A stretch of 64,000 nt of DNA from an uncultured delta proteobacterium (GCA_963789265.1 CAWBKB010000005.1:736001-800000), one strand, 5' to 3'. Positions 31,521 to 42,876 are shown, counted from the first letter of the stretch. Translations and numbers: made by a program. Notes: a model not told the origin generated them from the letters alone.

Positions 31521-32612
31521 ATGGAAAAAACAACCATGCCCTTCGCGCGTGAACTGAAATTGGAGCTCACAAATGCGTGCGGCTTGGCCTGCGCCCATTG
31601 CTCGACAGATTCCGGTTCCACTGCATCTCTTTGCATTCCTACGGCTGATGCAATTCGAATAGTGTGCCAGTTTCGGGAGCTAGGTGGTGAGCGGCTCATT
31701 TTGACCGGTGGTGAGCCGCTTCAACATCCCGAGATTGATCTCATTGCTGCTTTTTCAAAGCAAATAGGTCTTCAAGTCGTGGTATATACGACCGGACTTG
31801 ATATCAATTCGGACGTATCCAGGGACAGACTGCTACACCTGGCCCCAATCATAGATGGATTTGTCTTCTGCCTACATGCCGCTGTACCTGATGTGCACGA
31901 CCACCTTACAGGGGTGCGTGGCAGTTTTGAAGCTACTGTTTCCGCCATCAGCCTTGTAATGAGATGGGGTAAGCCCGTCTGCATTCATCACGTACCACTT
32001 CAACCAAATCGGGGCGAGTTTCTTTCGTTGTGTACCTTTGTTATGAGGATGGGGTTGCGCTCTCTGAAGATACTAAGATTCGTCCCCCAAGGACGCGGCG
32101 AAAGAAACGAGGCGAGACTCGCCCTGCGTTGGTTGGACGTAGACAAGTTAGCCGAAGAAATCGCTATGGCCCTTGTTCGTTTTCCAGCCTTGAACATCGA
32201 CCTCGGTGCCCCCTATTCGATGTTAGGCCCTTGCCGCCAGACACTCTGCGGTGCGGGTTGGAGAACGTTGTCCATAGGTGCAAATTTGGAATGTTATCCT
32301 TGTGATGGCTTCAAGTCGATTGCAGGTGGAGCATTTAGAGAACCGCTCGCAAGTCGGGCTCTTCAAGTATTCTGGACTGAGTCGGCAACCCTGTTATCGG
32401 TCCGCAGCGCCGCCACTCGAATGCAAATGCTGGGAAGCACGGGTTGTCTTGCGCAGAAGTTTTTAGCTAACGGTGATTTTTATGGAGTGGAAGAAGACCC
32501 GCTGACAACTTACTTTAGTCAAGATTTCCGCCAGGCCGTTTCTCACCAGGCCAAAGTAATGACCACTTATTTGCCGCTAGCGGGCTTACGGCCCCCAGAT
32601 TTTTCAGGTTAG
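31521..32612 (+). CDS. Radical SAM protein with SPASM/twitch domain
   Basis: ELTNACGLACAHC (CxxxCxxC), LTGGEPL, CGAG...YPC. Start uncertain (31467-31536). Confidence 0.85.
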   Translation: MEKTTMPFARELKLELTNACGLACAHCSTDSGSTASLCIPTADAIRIVCQFRELGGERLILTGGEPLQHPEIDLIAAFSKQIGLQVVVYTTGLDINSDVSRDRLLHLAPIIDGFVFCLHAAVPDVHDHLTGVRGSFEATVSAISLVMRWGKPVCIHHVPLQPNRGEFLSLCTFVMRMGLRSLKILRFVPQGRGERNEARLALRWLDVDKLAEEIAMALVRFPALNIDLGAPYSMLGPCRQTLCGAGWRTLSIGANLECYPCDGFKSIAGGAFREPLASRALQVFWTESATLLSVRSAATRMQMLGSTGCLAQKFLANGDFYGVEEDPLTTYFSQDFRQAVSHQAKVMTTYLPLAGLRPPDFSG

Positions 32613-32861
32613 GCAAGGACTGAAATGGGCCTGCCGCTGACTATCGAAACACGCCAATTGGAGGTTGTGGCTCAGTAGGAGTCCTTATACGTTCTGCAAG
32701 CCTGACTTTGGACCAGTTCCTTGCCGCAATGAAAAACGTCTTATAAGAATTTCACCTTATCTTTTGCCATCTCCGGCAACTGGTCCCATTAGCCCATATA
32801 GCGTGTTACGAATGATGCAGTTCCCTGCGGCTCGCGAGGTCATGACATTTTCGAGCTTAGG

Positions 32862-33122
32862 CTAACCATTATTGTGAAAGCCACTGGCAGTTTTCAGCAT
32901 TTCTTCTTTGGCGGCCATAAGAACGCCCTCACCTGCAAGGAGGCTCTGAGAGTCTTGTTCCGCGGTGACCTGCTTGAAGGTTTGGGTGTAGTAGTGGAGA
33001 GGTCCCAAGAGACTCAGAAGAGTGAGAAGCGCAATATTCCTCCAACTAAGAAAGGCTTGGACATCGAATCTGTTGTCCAGAATGGCCTGTGCCACATTTA
33101 TGAGACTATTCAGGTATTCCAT
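32862..33122 (-). CDS. Hypothetical protein (86 aa)
   Basis: GGAGG SD before MEYLNSLIN; plausible helical protein. Confidence 0.6.
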   Translation of the reverse strand: MEYLNSLINVAQAILDNRFDVQAFLSWRNIALLTLLSLLGPLHYYTQTFKQVTAEQDSQSLLAGEGVLMAAKEEMLKTASGFHNNG

Positions 33123-33335
33123 TCTGCCTCCTTCCTTCGACTTGAGACGACAGCGAGATCCTGCAAAAGTTCCATACTTGTTAGGACAGACGTCTATAAG
33201 CGAAATAGAGTTCAAAATCTTCATAGCGAGTCCAATACTCTGAGCCTCGATGACACAAATGTTTACGGTAGCTCTGCCAACAAGATAGATTTGTGTAATG
33301 CCAAGGATTTTTCTTGCCTCCTACCGAATAGAATA

Positions 33336-33351
33336 AGCAACCACCATGCCA
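33336..33351 (-). promoter_or_regulatory. Possible sigma54 promoter
   Basis: Minus strand TGGCATGGTGGTTGCT (GG-N10-GC), ~215 bp upstream of the 33122 ATG. Confidence 0.45.
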
Positions 33352-33850
33352 AACTGATATCTATCTAATTTCAACGGCGATTACGCCAATACACAGTTAA
33401 GAGATGGGGAAGATGGCTAGCATTTCGCAAGACTACGCGAGCATGATTCTTGCGATTTGCAAGGTGCAACAGGGCATAGCGATACAATGAAGCCGCGAAT
33501 TCCGGGGACACCATACTCAATTGCCCTCTCTTCGGTTTTTTCCGGTCCTATCCCGGCCCTGTATTTGGGATTTCTCGTCTGCTCCATGGATTGGCTCCAG
33601 GAAACGGCCGCTCACACGCGAACCGAACCGCCTGGGCCCTCTTCCAAGGCGTAATGCTCGGGAACGCCCGTTTCGGGGCTTGTCCCTCTCCGCCGGTATG
33701 TATGCAAGCAACGCGGGCGGAAAAAGCCTTCGATTCCTCCGATCTGCGATATGCCCCTAAGCGTTCTTGTCAATCCCAAGATGTTCCGGCATAGTATGTG
33801 CGTTTACATTCTCTTGCTACGATACGGAAAGAAATCGAGCTTAATACAAC

Positions 33851-34675
33851 ATGGAACACACACAGACGTTCTCATTCGGCCGCAACTGGCAAACATTCCT
33901 GAGAAGCTTTGATGAAGAAAGGCTCAAGATTGCTGAATTGTCCCTTATGGAATTCCTTAATATGCCCAACCTGCGCGGACGGAGTTTTCTGGATGTCGGA
34001 TGCGGCAGCGGGCTGTTTTCTTATGCAGCCTTCAAGCTCGGGGCGAAAAGTATTGTGAGTTTCGATTTGGACCCGTTCAGTGTGGAATGTTGCAAATATC
34101 TGTGTGAGAGGGCGAACAATCCGCCACATTGGAAGGTCTGTGAAGGTTCGGCACTGGACACGGATTTTCTCTCACGATTGGGGAACTTTGATATTGTGTA
34201 TTCGTGGGGAGTGCTCCATCACACCGGGAAAATGTGGAATGCGATCGAAAGGACAGCCGGCCTCGTTAACCCTGGAGGCTACTATTACATTGCTCTCTAC
34301 AACAAGATCCTGGCGAGAAACGGTTCCGCCTCGTGGGTACACCCATTTTGGTTGAAGGTCAAAACTCTGTACAATACATATCCGTTCCTGGGAAACTATA
34401 TCCTGGAACCATTGGCCATGGCAGCTTATCTTGCAATTGTTGTTGCTCGTGGTGAAAATCCAATCACGCACATCCGCAACTACAAGTCCCATCGCGGCAT
34501 GAGCTGGCGTACAGACGCTACAGACTGGCTTGGCGGCTACCCTTATGAATTCGCCACGGTGGAAGAGGTCTTCAAGTTTGTGAAAGGTAAATTCACGGAT
34601 TTCAACCTAATCAATATAAAGGTCACGAGCGGCCGAGGCCTGAACTGGTATCTGTTCCAGAGATCATCCGCATAG
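33851..34675 (+). CDS. Class I SAM-dependent methyltransferase
   Basis: FLDVGCGSG, FDIVYSWGVLHHTG. Confidence 0.88.
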   Translation: MEHTQTFSFGRNWQTFLRSFDEERLKIAELSLMEFLNMPNLRGRSFLDVGCGSGLFSYAAFKLGAKSIVSFDLDPFSVECCKYLCERANNPPHWKVCEGSALDTDFLSRLGNFDIVYSWGVLHHTGKMWNAIERTAGLVNPGGYYYIALYNKILARNGSASWVHPFWLKVKTLYNTYPFLGNYILEPLAMAAYLAIVVARGENPITHIRNYKSHRGMSWRTDATDWLGGYPYEFATVEEVFKFVKGKFTDFNLINIKVTSGRGLNWYLFQRSSA

Positions 34676-34680
34676 GCGCG

Positions 34681-36030
34681 TTACACAATTTCGCCGAAAA
34701 AGTCGGGACCGTTTGAATCTGTGATTCTAATATTATGGATCTCGCCGGCTGTCGCCTCCCCAGCGGTAACATAAAGGATACCGTCAACCTCCGGGGCCTG
34801 GTCCCACAACCGTCCCTGCAGAAGCAGTTCCGACTCCTCGCAAACGCCTTCGACAATCCCCTGTTCCACTCTGTGGATCCGCTGCCGGTTGCGTTTGTCC
34901 GCGAGCCTGGAATGAATCTCGCGTATCTCCTCGGCCCTTGCTTGCTTTACATCGGCAGGGACAGGGTCTCCCAGAGCCTTGGCCGGTGTTCCCTCTTCAG
35001 GCGAATAGGTAAAAACACCGACATGGTCTATATCAAATGACTCCACGAAATCTTTAAGTTCGGAAAACTCCTTGTCCCCCTCAGCGGGATATCCGACCAT
35101 GAACGTGGTCCTGAGAACGAGCCCCGGGATCTCGTGTCTAAGACGTTCCGTCAACTTGCGAATTCGGTCCCCTTTCCATGGTCGTCCCATTGCCCTGAGC
35201 ACTTCAGCAGACACGTGCTGAAACGGAACGTCCAGGTAAGGCAGGATATTTTCAGACTCGTTGATCAGCCGATGAAGCCTTCGTGGAATCGAGTCGGGAT
35301 GAAGATACATCAGGCGGATCCACTTGATATTCTCCACACGGCCGAGCCTCTCCAAGAGCCTTAAAAGACCGCTTTTTTCGCCCAGTTCAACTCCGTAGCC
35401 AGTCAAGTCCTGCGCGACGAGCACCAGTTCCCGCACTCCAATGGAGGCCAGGAAGATAGCCTCCCGTTCAAGTTCGTGGGGATCGACGCTGCGCAGAGGA
35501 CCTCGAATTGAAGGGATCGTGCAGTATCGGCAAAGTCGAGAACAACCTTCAGCGATTTTCAAGTACGCGTACCCGGCGGTGGTTAGTATTCGACAGGGAC
35601 GGCCGGCTGACACTTTGGGTCGTGTATTGATAAATTTTGTTGAAGTTGGCAAACGCGACGAGCTGGACTCTCCTTCCCAACGGAGGTAGCCCTTCAGGAT
35701 ATTCGGCAATTCGCGGATTTTGTCCGGCGTCAAGAAAAGGTCCGCCTCGGGTAGCGGCTCGTGGAGACTCTCTCGGTAACGCAGCGGCAAGCATCCGGCA
35801 ACCACCAGGAAGGCTTCCTTGTTCTCCCGATAGTCCAATATGGTGTCGATGGATTCTTCTACAGCAGGTTCGATGAAAGCACAGGTATTTATGATGATAA
35901 CTCTTGCGGCTGCGGGATCATCGGTGTGAACGAAGCCGGCCTCGGTCATCGCCGCCAGAATTCTCTCCGAGTCTACCCGGTTTTTCGGGCACCCAAGACT
36001 GACAAGGTTAAATAGCGTGTTGTTCTTCAC
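34681..36030 (-). CDS. rimO: Ribosomal protein S12 methylthiotransferase
   Basis: SLGCPKN, NTCAFI, YLKIAEGCSRLCRYC, QAPEVDG TRAM tail. Confidence 0.92.
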   Translation of the reverse strand: MKNNTLFNLVSLGCPKNRVDSERILAAMTEAGFVHTDDPAAARVIIINTCAFIEPAVEESIDTILDYRENKEAFLVVAGCLPLRYRESLHEPLPEADLFLTPDKIRELPNILKGYLRWEGESSSSRLPTSTKFINTRPKVSAGRPCRILTTAGYAYLKIAEGCSRLCRYCTIPSIRGPLRSVDPHELEREAIFLASIGVRELVLVAQDLTGYGVELGEKSGLLRLLERLGRVENIKWIRLMYLHPDSIPRRLHRLINESENILPYLDVPFQHVSAEVLRAMGRPWKGDRIRKLTERLRHEIPGLVLRTTFMVGYPAEGDKEFSELKDFVESFDIDHVGVFTYSPEEGTPAKALGDPVPADVKQARAEEIREIHSRLADKRNRQRIHRVEQGIVEGVCEESELLLQGRLWDQAPEVDGILYVTAGEATAGEIHNIRITDSNGPDFFGEIV

Positions 36031-36713
36031 TGCTTCGGCATTGCATCCAGCGAGGGGATCAACTTTTGCAAGGGGATTGGGCCCACTTCGAACTGCGCAT
36101 CAGGCAACGAATTCAGGAAAGTTATGCCGGCGAGATCAAAGCGATTGTAGTTTCCAAGCGCGTCATAAATAATCGCCCTTCGTATCGTGAACCTGTTCAT
36201 GTCAACGCCCAGCACGATGCGATAGGTTCCGGTCGACTTCTTTCGATCCGTCAGCTCAAGATAGAACAGCTCTTTTGCTTGGTCGTATGTCTTGACCGGG
36301 AAGGCTACGGAAAAATTCCGGTCAAGCGCACCGATATTTGCAAGAAATCCAAAAAAATGATCTATGTCGATTTCCGGCGGAATTTCTCCGCGGGACGCGG
36401 TGCCGTCCTTGGGGAAATAGACGGTATACGATCTCCCTTTTATCACCACTTTTTGTTTTTCCGGTGATTCGACGTCCATTGCGATCATTCCCGGCTTTTT
36501 GACATAAATTACCCCTGCAAATCGGTCTCTGAGGTCCATGCTCACATTAACCGTCAGTTGGTTGAAATTTGCACGAAAACAGCAGTGGTGTGAATAAACA
36601 TCCTGAACCTTCTTGATCACCTGTTCTGCCGTCGGAGCCCCGCTGCCGACCCCAACGACCGCGCAAACAGCCGCAATCACGGTCACGAGAACCACGCCTA
36701 TGCGTCCGGTCAA
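36027..36713 (-). CDS. lolA: Outer-membrane lipoprotein carrier LolA-like protein
   Basis: Signal peptide; F.A.F.Q and KKPG pattern; DALGN near the C-terminus; adjacent to rimO. Confidence 0.7.
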   Translation of the reverse strand: MTGRIGVVLVTVIAAVCAVVGVGSGAPTAEQVIKKVQDVYSHHCCFRANFNQLTVNVSMDLRDRFAGVIYVKKPGMIAMDVESPEKQKVVIKGRSYTVYFPKDGTASRGEIPPEIDIDHFFGFLANIGALDRNFSVAFPVKTYDQAKELFYLELTDRKKSTGTYRIVLGVDMNRFTIRRAIIYDALGNYNRFDLAGITFLNSLPDAQFEVGPIPLQKLIPSLDAMPKQ

Positions 36714-37570
36714 GCGGCGCCTCCTGAAAGCTTCTTGAGATTCGAGAGCTCCTCTACCAGGAAGGGGATTCTAAATTCGTCGGGTGAAAGAGGCACCCCG
36801 GCTGAGCGAAGATCGTGCACCAGCAAAGCAAGTTCAGGGAGTAGTTCCCTCGTCGCAGGATCGTTCCCGAGGGCTTCACAAACTTCCGATGGTGAGCCGA
36901 GAGCGGCAACTCTCCCTTGCTTTAACACCATCATGAGATCCAGAAGCAGCAGGAATGGTTCCATGTCATGTGACGTTATTATCACGGTTCGGTCGCATGC
37001 CTTCTTCATTTTCTCAAGCGTCCGGATGAGATTGGCCAAAGACGGGGGATCCAGGCCGACCGCGGGTTCATCAAGGATAAGGATCTCAGGGCTATTCACC
37101 AGAATCCCGGCGATCGCAACCTTGCGTTTCGCTCCGTCAGGTAAAGTCATGGGACATCGTTCGCCCACATCATCGAGATTTAATCCCACCAGCTCGCACG
37201 CGCTCCGGACCTTGTTCCGAATTTCCGTTTCAGACATATTGGAAGCCCTTCTGAGGACAAATGAGATGTCTGCGAATACGGTTTGCTCAAAAAGCTGGCG
37301 TTCGGGCCGTTGAAATACCACACCGACTTTACGTCTCAGGTTTTTGCCGTAAGATCTTACGTCTGTGCCGTCCAACAACACTGTGCCCCGGGTCGGAACG
37401 AGCAGTCCGTTTAAATTCCTGATGAGCGTTGTCTTTCCGGATCCGGTCCCGCCCAATATTCCAAGAAAGGTTCCGGCAGACAGTTCGAAGCTTATGTCCG
37501 CGATTGCCCTGATTTCGAGAGATGTTCCGGGATTGTACACATAATCGAGATTTTCAACTTGAATCTTCAA
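36710..37570 (-). CDS. Energy-coupling factor transporter ATPase (EcfA2/CbiO-like)
   Basis: YVYNPGT, GGTGSGKT, FQRPERQLFE, LDEPAVGLD, SHDM. Confidence 0.85.
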   Translation of the reverse strand: MKIQVENLDYVYNPGTSLEIRAIADISFELSAGTFLGILGGTGSGKTTLIRNLNGLLVPTRGTVLLDGTDVRSYGKNLRRKVGVVFQRPERQLFEQTVFADISFVLRRASNMSETEIRNKVRSACELVGLNLDDVGERCPMTLPDGAKRKVAIAGILVNSPEILILDEPAVGLDPPSLANLIRTLEKMKKACDRTVIITSHDMEPFLLLLDLMMVLKQGRVAALGSPSEVCEALGNDPATRELLPELALLVHDLRSAGVPLSPDEFRIPFLVEELSNLKKLSGGAA

Positions 37571-37674
37571 TCGAGTGACCTATCTTGGCAGAGGGCGCAA
37601 GAACAGGTGTCAAACTCCGTTCTGTCCCTATCTTGTCTGAGTACTCCTAAGTTCGGTCGCGCATTTTCACGGTG

Positions 37675-37747
37675 GGATTGCTTCGTCGTTTCTCTCCTCG
37701 CAATGACATTCCCGCTACCTGTCAATGCGAGCGCAGCGAAGCAATCT
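37675..37747. repeat. REP-like pair (GATTGCTTCG...CTCGCAATGACA / TGTCAATGCGAGCGCAGCGAAGCAATC)
   Basis: Inverted pair of the same family as the outer element at 22987-23119. Confidence 0.7.
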
Positions 37748-37796
37748 TTTCTTCCATGTCAAGTTCCTGACCTCACGGTATTGGCGAAACGATGGA

Positions 37797-39252
37797 CTAA
37801 GTCTTTTCCTCTACCTTCCAAGTTGTTCCCTTGGGACCGTCCTCGAGCAGAATATGCTTGTCAGCCAGTACGCGGCGGATCTCGTCCGCACGCGCGAAAT
37901 CTTTCTTGCTTCGTGCCTCGGCTCTTTCCGCTATCAGGCTCTCGATCTCCCCCTCACCTATTCCCAGATCTACCACACCGGATTTGCGCAGATTTTCCAT
38001 GAAGCGGGCCGGTTTCTTCCTTAAGCAAGCCCAAAATTTCACGCGATAGGGAAATAACTTCGTCCTTCACCTGAGCCAGAATATGGGGCCCAGGAATCTC
38101 CGACAACGAATCAGACGCAGAATAGCGGTTAATCGCCCGAGCAACCCCGAACAGAATAGCCAGGGCCCGGGGGGTGTTGAAGTCGTCATCCATCGCCTGC
38201 ATAAAGCGATCATTTATGTTCGCTAGTTCTTCGGGGAGCTGATCCGAGGTGCCGGCACGTTTGCTGACTTCGTCCACGGCTGCCATGGCCGCATAAAGGC
38301 GCTCAAGCGCAGAGGCGGACTCCTTTATGGAACTTTGGTTGTAGTCCAATGGGCTTCTGTAGTGACTCGAAATGAGGAATAACCGGAGCGCCTCCGGATG
38401 CACGGACTTGAGTATATCCCTTATGTTGAGGACGTTCCCAAGAGATTTGGACATTTTCTCGGAACTGATATTGACGAATCCATTGTGGATCCAGTATTTG
38501 GCGAAATGTTTGCCGGTAGCCGCTTCTGACTGGGCCATTTCATTTTCATGGTGGGGAAAGGCCAAATCAGCGCCTCCACCATGAATATCGAACTGTTCCC
38601 CTAACAGGCGCAAGCTCATGGCAGAGCACTCGATGTGCCAACCGGGACGTCCCGGTCCCCAAGGAGACTCCCAGAAAGGCTCCCCGGGTTTGGCCGCTTT
38701 CCAGAGGGCGAAATCCAGAGGGTTTCGTTTCTTTTCGTCAACTTCGACGCGGGCACCCGATATCAACTCGTCAATCCTTTTGCCGGAAAGCTTGCCGTAT
38801 CCGGCGAAGCTGTTCACCGAAAACATCACATCTCCGTTGGCTTCGTACGCGTGCCCGGACGAAACGAGCCTTTCGATCAGCGATTGCATCTCTCCTATAT
38901 ATTCGGTGGCCCTGGGTTCGAAGGTTGGACGAAGGATCCCTAGAGCGTCCATATCAACGTAAAATTCACCAATAAAGCGCTCCGCAAGACTTTTCCATTC
39001 CTCGCCCAGCTCTTTTGCTCGGTTTATGATCTTGTCATCCACATCGGTGAAGTTCCGCACAAAGGTAACGTCGTACCCACGATGCATGAGATACCTATAG
39101 ATCACGTCAAAAAGGACGGCGGAACGAGCATGTCCCAGGTGACACATATCGTAAACCGTCATTCCGCAGACATACATCCCGACCTTTCCAGGCTGAAGGG
39201 GCTGAAAGTCTCCCTTTTTCCTTGTCAGGGTGTTGTATATCTTCAGTCCCAT
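37797..39252 (-). CDS. cysS: Cysteine--tRNA ligase, one frameshift near 38025
   Basis: [32 protein letters not shown]; the C-terminal [10 protein letters not shown] is in the next frame. Confidence 0.95.
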
Positions 39253-39317
39253 CAAATTCTCCTATGGACGGATCTGTGAAAGTGCACGGGGCTTTGGCCC
39301 CGTTGCCAAATCTTGTC

Positions 39318-39800
39318 TCAAGATTGTTCGTCCTCTTCCAGGAGTACCACGGCCGATGCTGCTATACCTTCGGCACGGCCGACAAATCCCAGCCCTTCCG
39401 TGGTTGTTGCCTTGACGTTAATCAGGTTCGGTTCGATCCCCATTGCGTCGGACAAGTTGCCGACTATTGCGGCTCTAAACGGTCCCATTTTAGGAGTTTG
39501 CGCAAGAACTGTGACATCAAGATTGGCAATTCGAAAACCCAGCGAGCGTAATGCGGTCACAATAGTCTCCAACATGCTAATGCTGGAAGCATCCCTATAC
39601 GTGGGGTCCGTGTCAGGAAAGTGCATGCCTATATCTCCCAGGCCGCCGGCGCCAAGCAGCGCATCTATCACTGCGTGGGTAAGGACATCGGCGTCGGAAT
39701 GCCCTTCCAGCCCGAGAGGATATGGTATAGTCTCTCCTCCTAGAATGAGCTTTCGTTTGTCCGCAAATCTGTGAACATCAAATCCGTGGCCTATTCGCAA
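39318..39800 (-). CDS. ispF: 2-C-methyl-D-erythritol 2,4-cyclodiphosphate synthase
   Basis: RIGHGFDVH, GHSDADV, DIGMHFPD, KATTTEGLGF. Confidence 0.95.
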   Translation of the reverse strand: MRIGHGFDVHRFADKRKLILGGETIPYPLGLEGHSDADVLTHAVIDALLGAGGLGDIGMHFPDTDPTYRDASSISMLETIVTALRSLGFRIANLDVTVLAQTPKMGPFRAAIVGNLSDAMGIEPNLINVKATTTEGLGFVGRAEGIAASAVVLLEEDEQS

Positions 39801-39928
39801 GGTTTTCTCCTGCCCGCCATCAATATGCGGAGCTTAATTCATCAACCGAAGTTCGTCAAGAATGGCTTATGGTCGGGGCAGCACGTATAGGATTACGAAG
39901 ATCCACCGCAGAGAATACGCTCCAGTCC

Positions 39929-39957
39929 TTGACGAAAGTTATCGGCTGTCATAAACT
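39929..39957 (+). promoter_or_regulatory. Sigma70-type promoter for the PBP1A gene
   Basis: TTGACG-17 bp-TAAACT. Confidence 0.55.
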
Positions 39958-40008
39958 TTGCGCTGGTTATCTTATCATTTTATGGAGCTCTGACAGGGAA
40001 GACCGCCG

Positions 40009-42876
40009 GTGATTTCGCGGCAAACGAAAAAACAAAATCGGCAGCCTCTGATTGGGGTTTTGGCCTGGTTGGGAGCAGGATTGCCGGTCCTTGTGTTCTG
40101 TGGGCTCGCATCGGGGACATTGGGAGCGGTCATAGGGGGTTATTGGGCCTTCTCTACGGATCTGCCCAAGATCCCGGACCTCAAGTCCTACCGTCCTAAG
40201 ACGGTATCCACCTTTTACGCGGAAGACGGCAGCATCATCGGTTTATTTTACAAACAGAAGCGATTCCCGGTCCCGCTGAAGTCTCTGCCTTCTCGTGTGA
40301 TTAATGCTTTTCTGGCCGCAGAGGACTCCAGGTTTTTTTCTCATTCCGGGGTGGACCTGTTGGGCATTCTCAGAGCACTGGTCAAGAACATGGAGGCAGG
40401 GACTTTCGCCCAGGGCGGGAGCACCATAACTCAGCAGGTCACGCGCAATTTCCTCTTATCCAACGAAAAAACAATCTCTCGCAAGATTCGAGAGGCTATC
40501 CTCGCTTCCAGGCTGGAGCGAACCCTGAGTAAGAATGAGATCCTGGATATCTACTTAAATGAAATCTATTTGGGCAAGGGTTCCTACGGAGTGGAAGCTG
40601 CCGCCCGAACGTACTTCGGCAAACCCGCAGCCGAAATGACCATTGGGGAGGCCGCCTTGGTGGCCGGGCTGGTTTCCAATCCCACAAAATACTCGCCTGC
40701 TCGAAGTTACGAACCCGCTGTGAAACGAAGAAACTTCGGTACTGGGCCGCATGCTCAACGATGGTTTTATTACCGAGAATCAATACCGTGAGGCTATAGC
40801 GGAAATTCCATCTTTCAGGGAAAAGCTGCCCAATCCGTACCAGAAGGTCCCCTATTTCACCGAGGCAGTCAGACAGTATATTTTGGCCAGGTACGGCGAA
40901 GACGAGTTGTACAATCAGGGCCTTCAGGTTCTGGACTACCTGCGATCCGGCTCTTCAGAATGAAGCCTCCGAAGCCCTTATTAAGGGAGCTCGATCATGG
41001 GAAAGACGAGAGGGTAGACCCGCAGGGCTTGTCCGAAGGGTCAAGCCTTCAGAGGCGAAAGAATTTCTCGCAGGCTCTCCCGCAAGGTCTTACGCAGTCG
41101 GTGACTTCGTACAAGCCATCGTAATATCGAATAATTCCCCGAAGAAGCGAAGACGAAATCATCCGGAAACCCATATCCAAGAATGCACGCTGGCCCTTCG
41201 CGGAGACCTTCGGTTTAAAATACGGCTCGAAAGTGATATCCGCTATCGTACCAATGATCTGCTCGAATTCAGAATAACTAAGATCGATGGAACGGTGCTG
41301 AAGTTTGAACATCAGACCCTCCCTCGGGTCCAAGGAGCCGTCGTATGCATCGAGAACAACACAGGATATGTTCGTGCGCTGGTCGGGGGCCTTGGTTTTG
41401 ATCGATCCAACTTCAATAGGGCGATTCAGGCGATGCGCCAGCCTGGCAGCGCTTTTAAACCGTTCCTGTACGCAGCGGCACTTGAATGGGGCGGATACAG
41501 CCCTCGTACACTGATAGTGGATGAACCCATCGCTGTAGTCGTAGATCCCAGGGAGGCTGAATGGATTCCCAAGAATTCGGATCGACAGTTCGATGGCCCG
41601 ATGACTTTCAAACACGCACTGGCCTACTCCCGGAACATTATTTCAGTCAAATTGTTGATGGATGTCGGCATGGATCCAGTAATCCGGATGGCCCGCAACA
41701 TGGGGATTCAATCTCCTCTGCGCAGAAATCTGTCGCTCTCTCTGGGGGCCTCGGAAGTCACCCCATTGGAGCTTACTTCAGCCTATACGGTTTTTCCCAA
41801 TATGGGGGTTCGGGTGCCCCCCGTACTCGTCAAGAAAGTGGTAGACCGCTTCGGCAATGTGCTCGAGGACAACTCGGCCAAACCGTTGAGCGTGCTCCAG
41901 CAGATCACGGCAGGAGGTTCGTCGGGCATTCCCTTTATTGAACCTTCTGCCTCAGGAAAAATGGCTCCCGGATCAAGCTATGACAGCCAAATGCAGGGAG
42001 GTCTTGTTGACGAGATGCACAACCTTGCTTACGAGAGTCAAGGCGCCTCGTCGAATCCCGATGACAAGCAAGGGCCGGCGGGCTCTCTGCAAGCCGCGGC
42101 TGCTCGTCACGGTCCGAGAATGGTGCGCGTGCTCAGCCCCCAGAGTGCTTACCTTATGGTGAGCGTCCTCAGGGATACCTGCGTGTCAGGAACGGCTGCG
42201 GCAGCCGCTCGCCTCCACCGGCAAGACTTGGCCGGTAAAACAGGCACCACCGATGATTGCACTGACGCGTGGTTCGTGGGCTTCAATCCCGAATACACAA
42301 CAGGTGTTTGGATGGGATATGACGGTAAAGTGTCGTTGGGCCATCGAGAGTACGGGGGCACCGCGGCCCTTCCTGTGTGGATGGATTTTATGAGAAAGGC
42401 GATTGGCAGCGAACCTTCAGTGGGGTACCCCGTTCCGGACGGCATAGTATTTGGGGGTGCTGGCAGTCCCGGCCGGGACCCATCCGAATTTGAACGCTCT
42501 TCTTGAAGCCGCGCCGGATTTTGGTTTCAGGCCCGATATTAAACAGGTATCGCCGGTGGACACCGCCTTCGTGCCTGCCGCTGCCAATGTGGAGGACACA
42601 CCTGCCTCTCCTTCTACCATGAACTTTGTCGGGCCTGCTTATCCCAGCACGATAAGAGTATTGTCCCCTACCGGGCAAACGCTCGGCTATGCCCTGTACG
42701 AGGTGGATGGCAAAGGTAAAGTTACTTTGCACAGAGACACTTTCATGACGGAGAATCGAGAAGAGGGGTCCGGCGGGGAAGCGCGCTCCGATGAGTCTTT
42801 CTTTACGGGCGCCGTAAGGTTCCTTCGGAATTTCCCCTCCTCTATGCCGTTTTCCCTGGAGGGATGGTTTCAATGA
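40009..42876 (+). CDS. Class A penicillin-binding protein (PBP1A family), about three frameshifts
   Basis: Transglycosylase EDSRF, GGSTITQQ, RKIRE, YLNEIY; transpeptidase PGSAFK (SxxK), SRN, KTGTT. Shifts near 40740, 40930 and 42480. Confidence 0.88.

Noticed and set aside
33851..34675. SAM methyltransferase as part of the candidate defence operon
   Set aside because: Separated by about 1.2 kb and an opposite-strand gene, and it lacks DNA methyltransferase catalytic motifs such as DPPY/NPPY.
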